This document shows, in pieces, positions 24,153 through 32,000 of a stretch of 32,000 bases of DNA. The position numbers and the translations under genes were made by a program. The stretch comes from Candidatus Methanoperedens sp. (GTDB lineage Archaea; Halobacteriota; Methanosarcinia; Methanosarcinales; Methanoperedenaceae): positions 30,001-62,000 of the forward strand of contig JAPZAR010000011.1 of assembly GCA_027460535.1 (NCBI GenBank), written 5' to 3'. The first letter of the stretch is position 1, and each line of letters begins with the position of its first letter. Under the pieces are notes generated by a model. The model did no database searches. It saw only the letters and a program-made list of their open reading frames with translations, and was not told the DNA's origin.

Positions 24153-25694
24153 CAAATAGAAGGGATCGTCTTTTACGTAATTGAATCGCTTCAGAACAAG
24201 AAAATAAGCATTTTTGATACCACGCTCCGGGATGGGGAACAGACCCCCGGCGTATCGCTAACCTCTGAGGAAAAACTTCTCATTGCAGGGCAGCTTGATA
24301 AATTGGGCGTGGATATCATCGAGGCTGGTTTCCCCATGTCTTCGGAGGGGGAAAAGGCAGGAGTAAAGAAAATAGTCGATGCAGGCCTCAATTTACAGAT
24401 ATGTGGGCTTTCAAGGGTAATAAAATCCGATGTAGACGCATGCCTTGACTGCGGCGTTGACATGATACATACCTTTGTCTCCACATCCGATGTTCAGCGC
24501 ATAAGCACTATCAAAAAGAGCAGGGACGAAGTGTATAAGATGGCGATAGACGCTGTTGAATACATCAAAGACCACGGCGTAAAGTGTATGTTCTCTGCCA
24601 TGGATGCAACGAGGACTGATATGGATTACCTCATAAGCATTTATAAAGGCGTGGAAGCCGCGCACTGCGATATCATAAACGTGCCTGATACCGTTGGCAT
24701 AGCTGTGCCTTCTGCCATGTATAAGCTCATAAGCGAGGTCGCTGCGAACGTGAAAATTCCCATCGATGTGCACTGCCATAATGACTTCGGGCTTGCGGTG
24801 GCGAACAGCCTTGCCGCAGTCGAGGCGGGGGCAAGTCAGGTGCAGGTCACAATTAACGGCCTGGGCGAGCGTGCAGGCAACGCAGACCTTGCCGAGACCG
24901 TCATGGGACTGCATTCCCTGTACGGCGCGAAGACCAATATCAATACCCAGTATATTGTCGAGACATCACATCTGGTCGAGAGGCTGACCGAGGTAAGAAT
25001 GCCGCCCACAATGCCAATCGTTGGGGAAAATGCTTTCGCCCACGAATCGGGCATACACACGCACGGGGTGCTCGTGAGATCTGACACCTTCGAGCCAGGG
25101 GTAATGACCCCTGAGATGGTGGGGCACCGCCGCCGCATCGTGCTCGGGAAGCATGCTGGAAAGCATGCAGTAAAACAATCGCTTGAAAGTGCAGGCCTTC
25201 ATCCTACCGAAGAGCAGCTAAACGACATTTTGAAGAGAATAAAAGATATTGGCGATAAGGGCAAGCGAGTGACCGATGCCGACCTCCATGCCATAGCAGA
25301 ATCGATCATAGGTACAACTTCAAAAGGCGAGCAGGCTATAGTCCTGAAAGAAGTATCCGTTATGACCGGGAATATCATTACCCCGACGGCGACTGTAAAA
25401 GCCATCGTTAATGGAAAAGAGCGCATTGGTGCAAATATCGGCGTAGGGCCAGTGGATGCGGCACTGAATACCGTAACAAGCATCCTCGGTGATTACAAGG
25501 TCAAACTCCGCGATTTCAGGATCGAGGCGATATCGGGCGGCTCTGATGCCCTTGCCGAGGTAATAATCGGGGTTGAGGATGAAAAAGGCAGAGTGGTATC
25601 TGCGCGTGCCACGAACGAAGATATAGTCATGGCGTCCGTCGAGGCTCTCGTGGCGGCAATAAACCAGCTTTTAAGAGGAAGGGACAAGATTTAA
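24153..25694 (+). CDS. 2-isopropylmalate / (R)-citramalate synthase family enzyme with C-terminal LeuA-type regulatory domain; no canonical start codon before the catalytic motif
   Basis: The frame is open from 24153 and encodes ...KISIFDTTLRDGEQTPGVSLTSEEKLLIAGQLDKLGVDIIEAGFP, HCHNDFGLAVANSLAAV and a C-terminal GPVDAALN domain. The first ATG/GTG/TTG in this frame is TTG at 24303, which lies downstream of DTTLRDGEQ. Confidence 0.85.
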   Translation, partial: QIEGIVFYVIESLQNKKISIFDTTLRDGEQTPGVSLTSEEKLLIAGQLDKLGVDIIEAGFPMSSEGEKAGVKKIVDAGLNLQICGLSRVIKSDVDACLDCGVDMIHTFVSTSDVQRISTIKKSRDEVYKMAIDAVEYIKDHGVKCMFSAMDATRTDMDYLISIYKGVEAAHCDIINVPDTVGIAVPSAMYKLISEVAANVKIPIDVHCHNDFGLAVANSLAAVEAGASQVQVTINGLGERAGNADLAETVMGLHSLYGAKTNINTQYIVETSHLVERLTEVRMPPTMPIVGENAFAHESGIHTHGVLVRSDTFEPGVMTPEMVGHRRRIVLGKHAGKHAVKQSLESAGLHPTEEQLNDILKRIKDIGDKGKRVTDADLHAIAESIIGTTSKGEQAIVLKEVSVMTGNIITPTATVKAIVNGKERIGANIGVGPVDAALNTVTSILGDYKVKLRDFRIEAISGGSDALAEVIIGVEDEKGRVVSARATNEDIVMASVEALVAAINQLLRGRDKI

Positions 25695-26660
25695 TTCTTG
25701 CACATGCGTTTGGTGGTCTGAAAGCGATTTCTTGACATATTCTTTGCAGCCTGCAAGTATCTGTTCAGGGTCGCCAAAGACATCCATACCTGCTGCACCT
25801 TCATGCCCTCCCCCCGTACCGTTGAATTTAACGCTTATCTCTTCCATCAATCTTGCAAGATTGACGCCTGCATTTATGGCAAATTTTCTTGCCCTCGCGC
25901 TCACTTTGACGAGATTGTCCTCCTTTGATGCCACAAAAGCCACATCCGCTCCGATAGAGATCAGATTCGAGGCCGCTGCCCCCCCAAAGGAACTCACTTG
26001 AGAAGTAACGATAATATATTCATTCACCCTCTCGATCGACGTGCGCTGGGCAGCTTTTAAGAAAGCGATACGCATTGAAATATCCTGCGGGAGAGATGAC
26101 AGGGCATCCATCACCTCGCTGTACTCGATGCCACTTAATTCTATAAGGGCGGCAACTGCCTTAAAGGAATCCGCCGATGCATGCTTGAAATTCCCGGTAT
26201 CGGTTATAATACCCGAAATAAGCGCAAATGCCGCGCGCCGCATTATCGGAGCTCCCATTTTGTTTAAAACTTCAAGGACAATTTCCGCAGTCGAGCTCTT
26301 GTTCCTGTGAAGGCAAAACGCAGCATTCTCATTCAATGAAGTGGTAGCGTGATGATCTATAACCGCATATTTCTTTAACTGAAAGCCATTCAACTGGGCA
26401 AGGGTAGATGTGTCCACTACCACAACCATGTCATAATCATCCGCAGGATTTGTGACGTATTCGATACCAAGTTGCCTGGCGATAACAGATGCTACCCTGT
26501 CGCATCCGTCTATGACACCTATCGTGCCTCCAATTGCTTCTTTTAATGCAAATGCACTTCCAAGCGCATCAGGGTCTGCATTGCGGTGGCACAGGTAAAG
26601 TATATTATGGTAATCCAGCAGCTGGCTATAGAATTCTGATTCGTCTATCTCCATGATCAC
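25671..26660 (-). CDS. DHH/DHHA1 phosphoesterase (NrnA-like)
   Basis: It has HRNADPDALGS, VVVDTS, VIDHH and GTGGGHEGAAG. Confidence 0.85.
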   Translation of the reverse strand: MIMEIDESEFYSQLLDYHNILYLCHRNADPDALGSAFALKEAIGGTIGVIDGCDRVASVIARQLGIEYVTNPADDYDMVVVVDTSTLAQLNGFQLKKYAVIDHHATTSLNENAAFCLHRNKSSTAEIVLEVLNKMGAPIMRRAAFALISGIITDTGNFKHASADSFKAVAALIELSGIEYSEVMDALSSLPQDISMRIAFLKAAQRTSIERVNEYIIVTSQVSSFGGAAASNLISIGADVAFVASKEDNLVKVSARARKFAINAGVNLARLMEEISVKFNGTGGGHEGAAGMDVFGDPEQILAGCKEYVKKSLSDHQTHVQELNLVPSS

Positions 26661-27022
26661 TGGGCAACCGGGGTACCGATAGCCTGTTTGAGTTGCTCCT
26701 GCAATTGCTGGAATCTCTTCTGTGCGCGTTCTTCCTGGCGTGCGAGGGTCTGCATTCGAAGGTCAAGTGTGTCCTTTTTTTCCTTGAGATAATCTTTTGT
26801 CTTATCACGTTCAGATTTGATCAAAAGATCTCCTATCGCCCTGTACACAACAGCATCAGAATCAAGTTTTTCAAGTTCCTCAAGCGCGAGTTCAGTCTCT
26901 TTCAATGTGATCTCTACCTGATTTTTCTGAACTGCGATTGCCTGCGCCTGCTGCTGAATTTGCTGCATCTGTGCAAGCTGGTTCTTAATTTGTGGGGGTA
27001 ATTCCTGACTCATTTTTTTCAC
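26657..27022 (-). CDS. pfdB: prefoldin subunit beta
   Basis: It is a 121-aa coiled coil with QIKNQLAQMQQIQQQ...VYRAIGDLLIK...LQEQLKQA. Confidence 0.85.
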   Translation of the reverse strand: MKKMSQELPPQIKNQLAQMQQIQQQAQAIAVQKNQVEITLKETELALEELEKLDSDAVVYRAIGDLLIKSERDKTKDYLKEKKDTLDLRMQTLARQEERAQKRFQQLQEQLKQAIGTPVAQ

Positions 27023-27050
27023 CTATATCTGGGTGTAGTATTGCCAAGCC

Positions 27051-27308
27051 TCAATTTATAATTTGTGCATTCGCGATAGAACCCATCTCAAAGGAGATCT
27101 TTATCAATCGAAGCCATCCATTCAGGGCCGCACGCATCGATACAATGTCACTGGCTTCCACATTCAGAAAAAGTGCGTTGCCCTCCAGCCTGAGAGTTGA
27201 TCTTGTGCGCTGATAATCCTCCCCCAGCTCCGGGAGCAGTGATTCATAGATTATCCTGGCGTTTCTTCCGAAATCAAATTCAAATTCCGCGAGTACGAGC
27301 ATGAGCAC
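27051..27308 (-). CDS. pcc1: KEOPS subunit Pcc1-like protein
   Basis: AEFEFDFGRNARIIYESLLPE...LRLEGNALFLNVEASDIVSMRAALNGWLRLIK is collinear with archaeal Pcc1 as I recall it. Its position next to pfdB is the usual one. Confidence 0.6.
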   Translation of the reverse strand: MLMLVLAEFEFDFGRNARIIYESLLPELGEDYQRTRSTLRLEGNALFLNVEASDIVSMRAALNGWLRLIKISFEMGSIANAQIIN

Positions 27309-27397
27309 TGATAAGTTTTACCTTTATATTTAAGTTTCAGTGACTCATTCCATTAAATTTTTAAGCGATACCGATATTATAGCTATGATTAAATCCG

Positions 27398-28426
27398 ATG
27401 GATTCGTGGATTGCAGTTGAAATAATAATAATATCCGTACTGATTGTATTATCTGCTTTTTTTTCACTTTCAGAGACCGCACTTCTCTCGGTGAATAAAA
27501 TACGTATCAGGCACCTGGCTGAAACCGGGAATAAGAATGCAAAAGTGTTGGTCAAACTGCTTGAAAACCCGGAACTCTTCCTTGCTGCAATACTGATAGG
27601 GAATAATATCGTAAATATAAGCGCAGCGGTACTGGCTACAGATGCGGCGCTGCGCACTTTTGGAGGGTCAGGTATCGCGATAGCGACCGGCGTGATGACC
27701 CTGTTCATCCTTGTTTTCGGTGAGGTTTTCCCAAAAACCCTGGCTTCCAGGAACTCTGAATACATAGCTATGCATGTCGCTAATCCCATTGTGGCGATAA
27801 TCAATATCCTAAGACCTGTTGTCTGGTTCATTACAACGATCGTAAATTCCATGATTCTACTCCTGGGAGGGAGGGAACGTGTAAGGCATCCTTTCGTTAC
27901 TGAGGAATTAATTGAAATGATGCTGAAGGTGGGTGAAAAAGAGGGGACAATCGCAAAACACGAGAGGGAAATAATAAGTAAGGTTTTTGATTTTACTGAT
28001 GAAAAGGCGCACGGGGTTATGACCCCGAGAGATAAGATCGTATCCATAGAAGAATCTGAAACGCTCGAAGCCGCGCTTGCAGAAATTAATCAGTCTGGGC
28101 ATTCCAGGTTACCTGTCTATAAAAAGAATTTTGATAACATCGTAGGAATGATTTATGCAAAAGATCTTCTTAAATTCAGGGATATTGATCTCGCCAGGTT
28201 AAAAGTATACCAGATCCTGCGCCCACTCCTGGTGGTGAAAGCAGGAAAGGAGATATCTTTGATACTGAAAGAATTGCAGCAAAAGAAAATGAATATCTCA
28301 GTAGTGGTAGACAATGATATGAAGGTTATCGGACTTGTCTCTATCGAGGATATATTGGAGGAACTGGTGGGGGAGATATTCGATGAGTACGATATGGAAG
28401 CTGAAAGTTCAGCTCAAAAAATGTAG
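27398..28426 (+). CDS. CNNM/DUF21 transmembrane domain plus CBS-pair protein (hemolysin/CorC-like, lacks the CorC_HlyC tail)
   Basis: It has an N-terminal 4-TM DUF21 domain (FFSLSETALLS, GEVFPK) followed by two CBS motifs. Confidence 0.85.
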   Translation: MDSWIAVEIIIISVLIVLSAFFSLSETALLSVNKIRIRHLAETGNKNAKVLVKLLENPELFLAAILIGNNIVNISAAVLATDAALRTFGGSGIAIATGVMTLFILVFGEVFPKTLASRNSEYIAMHVANPIVAIINILRPVVWFITTIVNSMILLLGGRERVRHPFVTEELIEMMLKVGEKEGTIAKHEREIISKVFDFTDEKAHGVMTPRDKIVSIEESETLEAALAEINQSGHSRLPVYKKNFDNIVGMIYAKDLLKFRDIDLARLKVYQILRPLLVVKAGKEISLILKELQQKKMNISVVVDNDMKVIGLVSIEDILEELVGEIFDEYDMEAESSAQKM

Positions 28427-30391
28427 TCACTCCTTCATCCTCGACCCGCCCGGCGGCAGGAACATCGCTATCCTGTCTGGCGAGGCGATGGTCTTGATGA
28501 GTTTCTTATCCTCGAATTTCTCGTAGAGCATACGGTATATCTTCTTTGAAAGGTCGTTCTGGTTGAATTCTCCTGGCTCTATCTCGATAATAAGCTCTGC
28601 CCTTTTCTTCACCGCGCTCAAAGGCCCTCCTATCAGCCTTTTCTCCTCATTGAAAATTATACCCAGAGAAGCTCCCAGGATAACGTCTTTAAAATAATTG
28701 CGCTTCCCCCTTATCACGAAAGCCCCTTTTGCAACATACTCTCCGGATTCCGGTGTCTTTGAGACCTGCTCTGGAAGCACCCAGTAGGCATCACCGCTTG
28801 CCTGTCCCGATTTCCATATACCTGAATAGGAGACCGTGAACTGCGCAGCTTCAAGAAGCGTTGTATCGGGAACTTCTTTTCCCTCTGTTTTTACCAGGAC
28901 CGCTGGCGAACCTGAGACGTGGGCGTGGAAGAAAATATCCCTTTTCTCAAGGTATTTTTTCACGATATCTTCGTTGCTCTGCGCATCCCGCCCTCCGATA
29001 ACGAGGAACCCATCAGAGGAGATGAACCACCTGAACTGCTCAAACCACTTCTGTCTGGGTTTTTCCGTCTTCCTTCTGATCTCTGGAGCTTCTTTTTTTC
29101 CGGATAATTTCTTTGTTTCCTCTATCGCGGAAAGTGCGCCTTTTATCTTTGAGGAGAGTTTTTTGGATTTGTCGTAATGCACCTGGGAATTCTGGTTTAC
29201 CGTTAGTTTGATATCCAGTTCTACTTCTTCTCCGTCAAGAGCAACATTGATGGTTCCTTTTACAGGATTGATGGATTTTATCGCTCTGGCTTCGGGCATA
29301 TCTGAATTTTTCAGGATGTTCCCGATCTCATCCCATGAATACCCTTTATCCCTGGCGCTTTTGACGGCTTTCAAAATCCCATCACATATCTGATAATGTG
29401 CGTAGATAAGCTCGCCCCTGTGTACCAGTTTCTCTTCTTCATCCTTGAATTTCCCAAGTGCAAGCATCTGTTTTTGCATGCGGTACTCATACAATCCGGG
29501 TTTCTCAGGCTTCTTCTCTCCTGGAACTTCTTTTGCTTCTGCCGCTTTTCTTCCTGTTACAGCACCGAAATATTCATCCAGCGCCTCGTTGAAAGTGTTG
29601 AAATATTTCTTTTCATGCTTTTCGTATTGAGATAGTGGAAGTGGAAGCACGTCTATCGCTTTTCCATCCTTGAAAACGATATGAGACTTAAGGTCTGAAG
29701 TTAGAGGCTTGAAAACTTCTTGTATCGCATTCAATACAGGCATCGCATCGCTTATCTCCCTTGCCGGCGTGCCTTTGTCAATGCCCGCTCGCAGGCAGAT
29801 CTCTTCAGCGTACTGCCCGCCCATATTCATACGTGTTGCCACTGTCCTGACAATGTCCGAATCGGATTGCGAGAAAATCTCTTTTAACTCATCGAGCTTT
29901 GCCGTGATGGGGGAAAGCTGCGCCTGCGGAAGTTCATAGGTCTCTCCGCGCACAACTCTCCTGTCCCTGAAACTGATGGATTTTAATGGCAGGATTATCC
30001 GTTTTTCAGCATCCAGCAGGATAATATTACCTTTTGAGAAAAGTTCGATGAGCAGGATTGTTTTATCCTCCCCTCGCTGGACATGTATCTCGATTATGCG
30101 GTCAAAATCATACTGCAATATCTCGGTTATCCTGCCTCCGCTCAGGTGTTTGCGCAGCAGCATGGGAAAGGACTGCGGGAGTTTCTGGGCAACCTCAGGA
30201 TGCGCAGTGAGGTGAAGGCGCCGTCCCGCCTCGATTACCAGATTCGTTCTTCCCTCTTTGAAAATATGAAGTCCTATCCTGACCTCGTCAGGTGAATGCT
30301 GATATATCTTCGCGATTTTTGCATCGAGAAGACGGGGGCGGAGTTCTTTGATGAGCGCGGCAACATCCACGCTAGACATTTCCTGTTTCAT
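28427..30391 (-). CDS. NFACT-family protein (FbpA/RqcH homologue, ribosome quality control)
   Basis: 654 aa. The N-terminal NFACT-N is MSSVDVAALIKELRPRL. A central coiled coil follows. The NFACT-R region is FISSDGFLVIGGRDAQSNEDIVKKY...DIFFHA. Confidence 0.85.
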   Translation of the reverse strand: MKQEMSSVDVAALIKELRPRLLDAKIAKIYQHSPDEVRIGLHIFKEGRTNLVIEAGRRLHLTAHPEVAQKLPQSFPMLLRKHLSGGRITEILQYDFDRIIEIHVQRGEDKTILLIELFSKGNIILLDAEKRIILPLKSISFRDRRVVRGETYELPQAQLSPITAKLDELKEIFSQSDSDIVRTVATRMNMGGQYAEEICLRAGIDKGTPAREISDAMPVLNAIQEVFKPLTSDLKSHIVFKDGKAIDVLPLPLSQYEKHEKKYFNTFNEALDEYFGAVTGRKAAEAKEVPGEKKPEKPGLYEYRMQKQMLALGKFKDEEEKLVHRGELIYAHYQICDGILKAVKSARDKGYSWDEIGNILKNSDMPEARAIKSINPVKGTINVALDGEEVELDIKLTVNQNSQVHYDKSKKLSSKIKGALSAIEETKKLSGKKEAPEIRRKTEKPRQKWFEQFRWFISSDGFLVIGGRDAQSNEDIVKKYLEKRDIFFHAHVSGSPAVLVKTEGKEVPDTTLLEAAQFTVSYSGIWKSGQASGDAYWVLPEQVSKTPESGEYVAKGAFVIRGKRNYFKDVILGASLGIIFNEEKRLIGGPLSAVKKRAELIIEIEPGEFNQNDLSKKIYRMLYEKFEDKKLIKTIASPDRIAMFLPPGGSRMKE

Positions 30392-30446
30392 TTGAGGGTC
30401 ATATGTGACCGATTTAATTTAAGCTAATGGGATGCCGCGCAGATGA

Positions 30447-31310
30447 TCAAATCAGACCCTTCAGATACTCGGTTATTTTCACTGTCACATCCACGCCACA
30501 TGCTTCGAATATCCCCTTACCCGAAGGCGTTCCATTGATCTCAATGACATAATCCCCCTCGATAATATCCACGCCTGCATAGACCGTGCCTATGATTTTT
30601 GCGGCTTCCAAGGCCAGCTCTTCCTGTTCATCTGTCAGTTCGCAGGATTTCGCGCTTCCTCCCTGGCTAAGGTTATTTATCCAGCTTCCTGCCGGAGCGA
30701 TCCTGTAAATTGAACCTACTACCTTATTATCCACAACAAACACACGGATGTCCCTGCCGGGATTGGGAATGAATTCCTGGATATATATAAGACCATTTTT
30801 TTCAAATAGCTCTTTAAGTCTCAGTGTCCCACGCTCTCCATTTTTTATGCACTCAACATCTATTCCCTTATACCCGAACACTGGTTTCACCACGGCGCGC
30901 CCGAAAGAAGCAAGAGCATCTTGAGCATCCTTGATGTTATTGGTTACCACTGTCTTGGGTGTCGATATTCCGTTCTTCTGAAACAAATAGCTTGAAATGT
31001 ACTTGTTTGCCGCCCTTGATATTGACTCAGGGGAATTGATGACTACAACTCCAAGTTCTTTGAGCTGGCTGAGAATATCGTATCTGAACGCAGTGCCATT
31101 CTGGGTCACAGGTCCCATGTCCCGGACGATAACTGCGGAAAGTTCGGTCAGGTCAATTCCGTCTGCATGTATTTTACCCGATGAGATATTCGAAGTCGCA
31201 TCGCTGAAGCTGAACTTTACAGGCTGCATCCCTTGATCTCTCACAGAATTAAAGAGAGCCACACCTGTCCAGTCATCAGGGTCTCTAACTACAATCCCAA
31301 CTCTTTTCAT
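30447..31310 (-). CDS. RimK-family ATP-grasp alpha-L-glutamate ligase (MptN/CofF-like)
   Basis: 287 aa ATP-grasp protein with VVKPVFGYKGIDV, YIQEFI, GVDIIE and INGTPSG. Confidence 0.8.
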   Translation of the reverse strand: MKRVGIVVRDPDDWTGVALFNSVRDQGMQPVKFSFSDATSNISSGKIHADGIDLTELSAVIVRDMGPVTQNGTAFRYDILSQLKELGVVVINSPESISRAANKYISSYLFQKNGISTPKTVVTNNIKDAQDALASFGRAVVKPVFGYKGIDVECIKNGERGTLRLKELFEKNGLIYIQEFIPNPGRDIRVFVVDNKVVGSIYRIAPAGSWINNLSQGGSAKSCELTDEQEELALEAAKIIGTVYAGVDIIEGDYVIEINGTPSGKGIFEACGVDVTVKITEYLKGLI

Positions 31311-31333
31311 GAGAGTATCAACCTTTGCGTCAA

Positions 31334-31474
31334 CCTATCTGATGACATAATATACCGCTTTACCCGCGCCCTTTTGCTCAATCAGTTTGAATTCGATCAT
31401 CTTTAGAAGCTCCTTGTGCGCGGCCTGGCGGGATATTTTGAAAATTGTCTGGAACTGGCTCGCACAACTCCCGT
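31334..31474 (-). other. start-less winged-helix-like coding segment in an alternative frame, overlapping the end of the DUF434 gene
   Basis: My translation is DGSCASQFQTIFKISRQAAHKELLKMIEFKLIEQKGAGKAVYYVIR*. The pattern ISRQAAHKEL..L.....I...G.G....Y resembles a wHTH recognition helix plus wing. Confidence 0.35.
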
Positions 31475-32000
31475 CTCAAGATGCCTGAATCTGGATACCA
31501 AACAGTACAGGAAATTCACCACCTTCTCAGCAGCATCTATTATCACGCCATCGCTTGATGCAACAATGTCCTTTGAACACTTCAGATCATAATCCACCTG
31601 TTTCGAGGTTCTTGCGTCTCCTTTTAATCCAAATTCGTCGATTCCCTTGCGTAGCACCCTTGCAAGCAAACCGCTCTTGCTTATCTGTGAATCCAGAAGA
31701 AAGCAAACATAAGACGGATTCGCCTCTTTTAAGAACTCCAATATCAACTCAATTGCCTTATCAGAACCTTCTGAAGCCTTAAAATTTCGAAACGTTCCCT
31801 TGATATCCCTAATAACCCCGTCATCACAAAGGTATGCCTTTTTCTCGATAATACTCTCCATACCGATAATGATATTATATCCATCAATCATAATATTATT
31901 TTCATTTATGCTATCGCAAGGCAAAAATTTAGCCTGCCTACTTTCTGAAACCTCCCCCCCCAGAACAGTCCTTGCGAGAAGGTATCTTGAATCTGCACCA
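31403..32000 (-). CDS. DUF434 plus DUF5616-like protein, 5' end beyond the window; the 3' end may be frameshifted
   Basis: The frame is open to the window edge, upstream of the track's TTG: ...GADSRYLLARTVLGGEVSESRQAKFLPCD. Then IMIDGYNIIIGMESII...LLDSQISKSGLLA...SSDGVIID. A G8 homopolymer lies at 31954-31961. Confidence 0.55.
   Translation of the reverse strand, partial: GADSRYLLARTVLGGEVSESRQAKFLPCDSINENNIMIDGYNIIIGMESIIEKKAYLCDDGVIRDIKGTFRNFKASEGSDKAIELILEFLKEANPSYVCFLLDSQISKSGLLARVLRKGIDEFGLKGDARTSKQVDYDLKCSKDIVASSDGVIIDAAEKVVNFLYCLVSRFRHLETGVVRASSRQFSKYPARPRTRSF

Noticed and set aside
24411-25687. Minus-strand ORFs 24411-24914, 24836-25138, 24966-25202, 25199-25483 and 25493-25687
   Set aside because: All are antisense shadows of the LeuA/CimA-family gene.
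27361-28047. 228-aa minus-strand ORF
   Set aside because: It is antisense to the CNNM/CBS gene. Its hydrophobic, Ser-rich product mirrors the TM-coding sense strand.
1-32000. Scan for rRNA, tRNA, CRISPR arrays, transposases, integrases and inteins
   Set aside because: Intergenic regions are short or AT-rich, and none has tRNA-like GC-rich cloverleaf segments or spaced repeats. No ORF has DDE, tyrosine- or serine-recombinase motifs. PolB is uninterrupted.

Overview
This looks like an archaeal chromosomal segment. The housekeeping genes suggest a Methanosarcinales/ANME-like organism, but that is my inference from gene content; no search was run. All names come from motif recognition in the translated ORFs. 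The core genes are family-B DNA polymerase, DUF89 phosphatase, THEP1-type NTPase, Trm1, a pycB-pycA-birA operon, a LeuA/CimA-family synthase, a Pcc1-prefoldin beta-DHH operon, a CNNM/CBS membrane protein, NFACT/RqcH and a RimK/MptN-like ligase. A sulfate-assimilation cluster sits at the left end: sat, an Fe-S-type APS reductase and a small Dsr-like sulfite reductase. Between these lie by-eye AT-richer accessory patches full of toxin-antitoxin and defence-type genes and gene stumps. These include AbrB-VapC, a UPF0175 remnant, HicB-HicA, a single-HKD PLD nuclease, DUF1016 and RhuM remnants, an orphan RelE, an AAA/DUF4143 ATPase beside a helicase-type tail remnant, a nucleotidyltransferase pair and MntA-HepT. 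The best candidate for something undescribed is 21.7-23.8 kb. There an MntA-HepT pair is translationally coupled on both sides to extra small ORFs, and a second, uncharacterised NTase plus helical-partner module follows. Secondary candidates are the PLD nuclease with a cysteine-depleted ribbon-like tail and two envelope genes coupled to birA. Three otherwise conserved genes show apparent frame disruptions: the sulfite reductase, the LeuA/CimA 5' end and the DUF434 gene 3' end. These are either real decay or indel errors, which I cannot resolve without reads. I found no rRNA, tRNA, CRISPR array, transposase or integrase.
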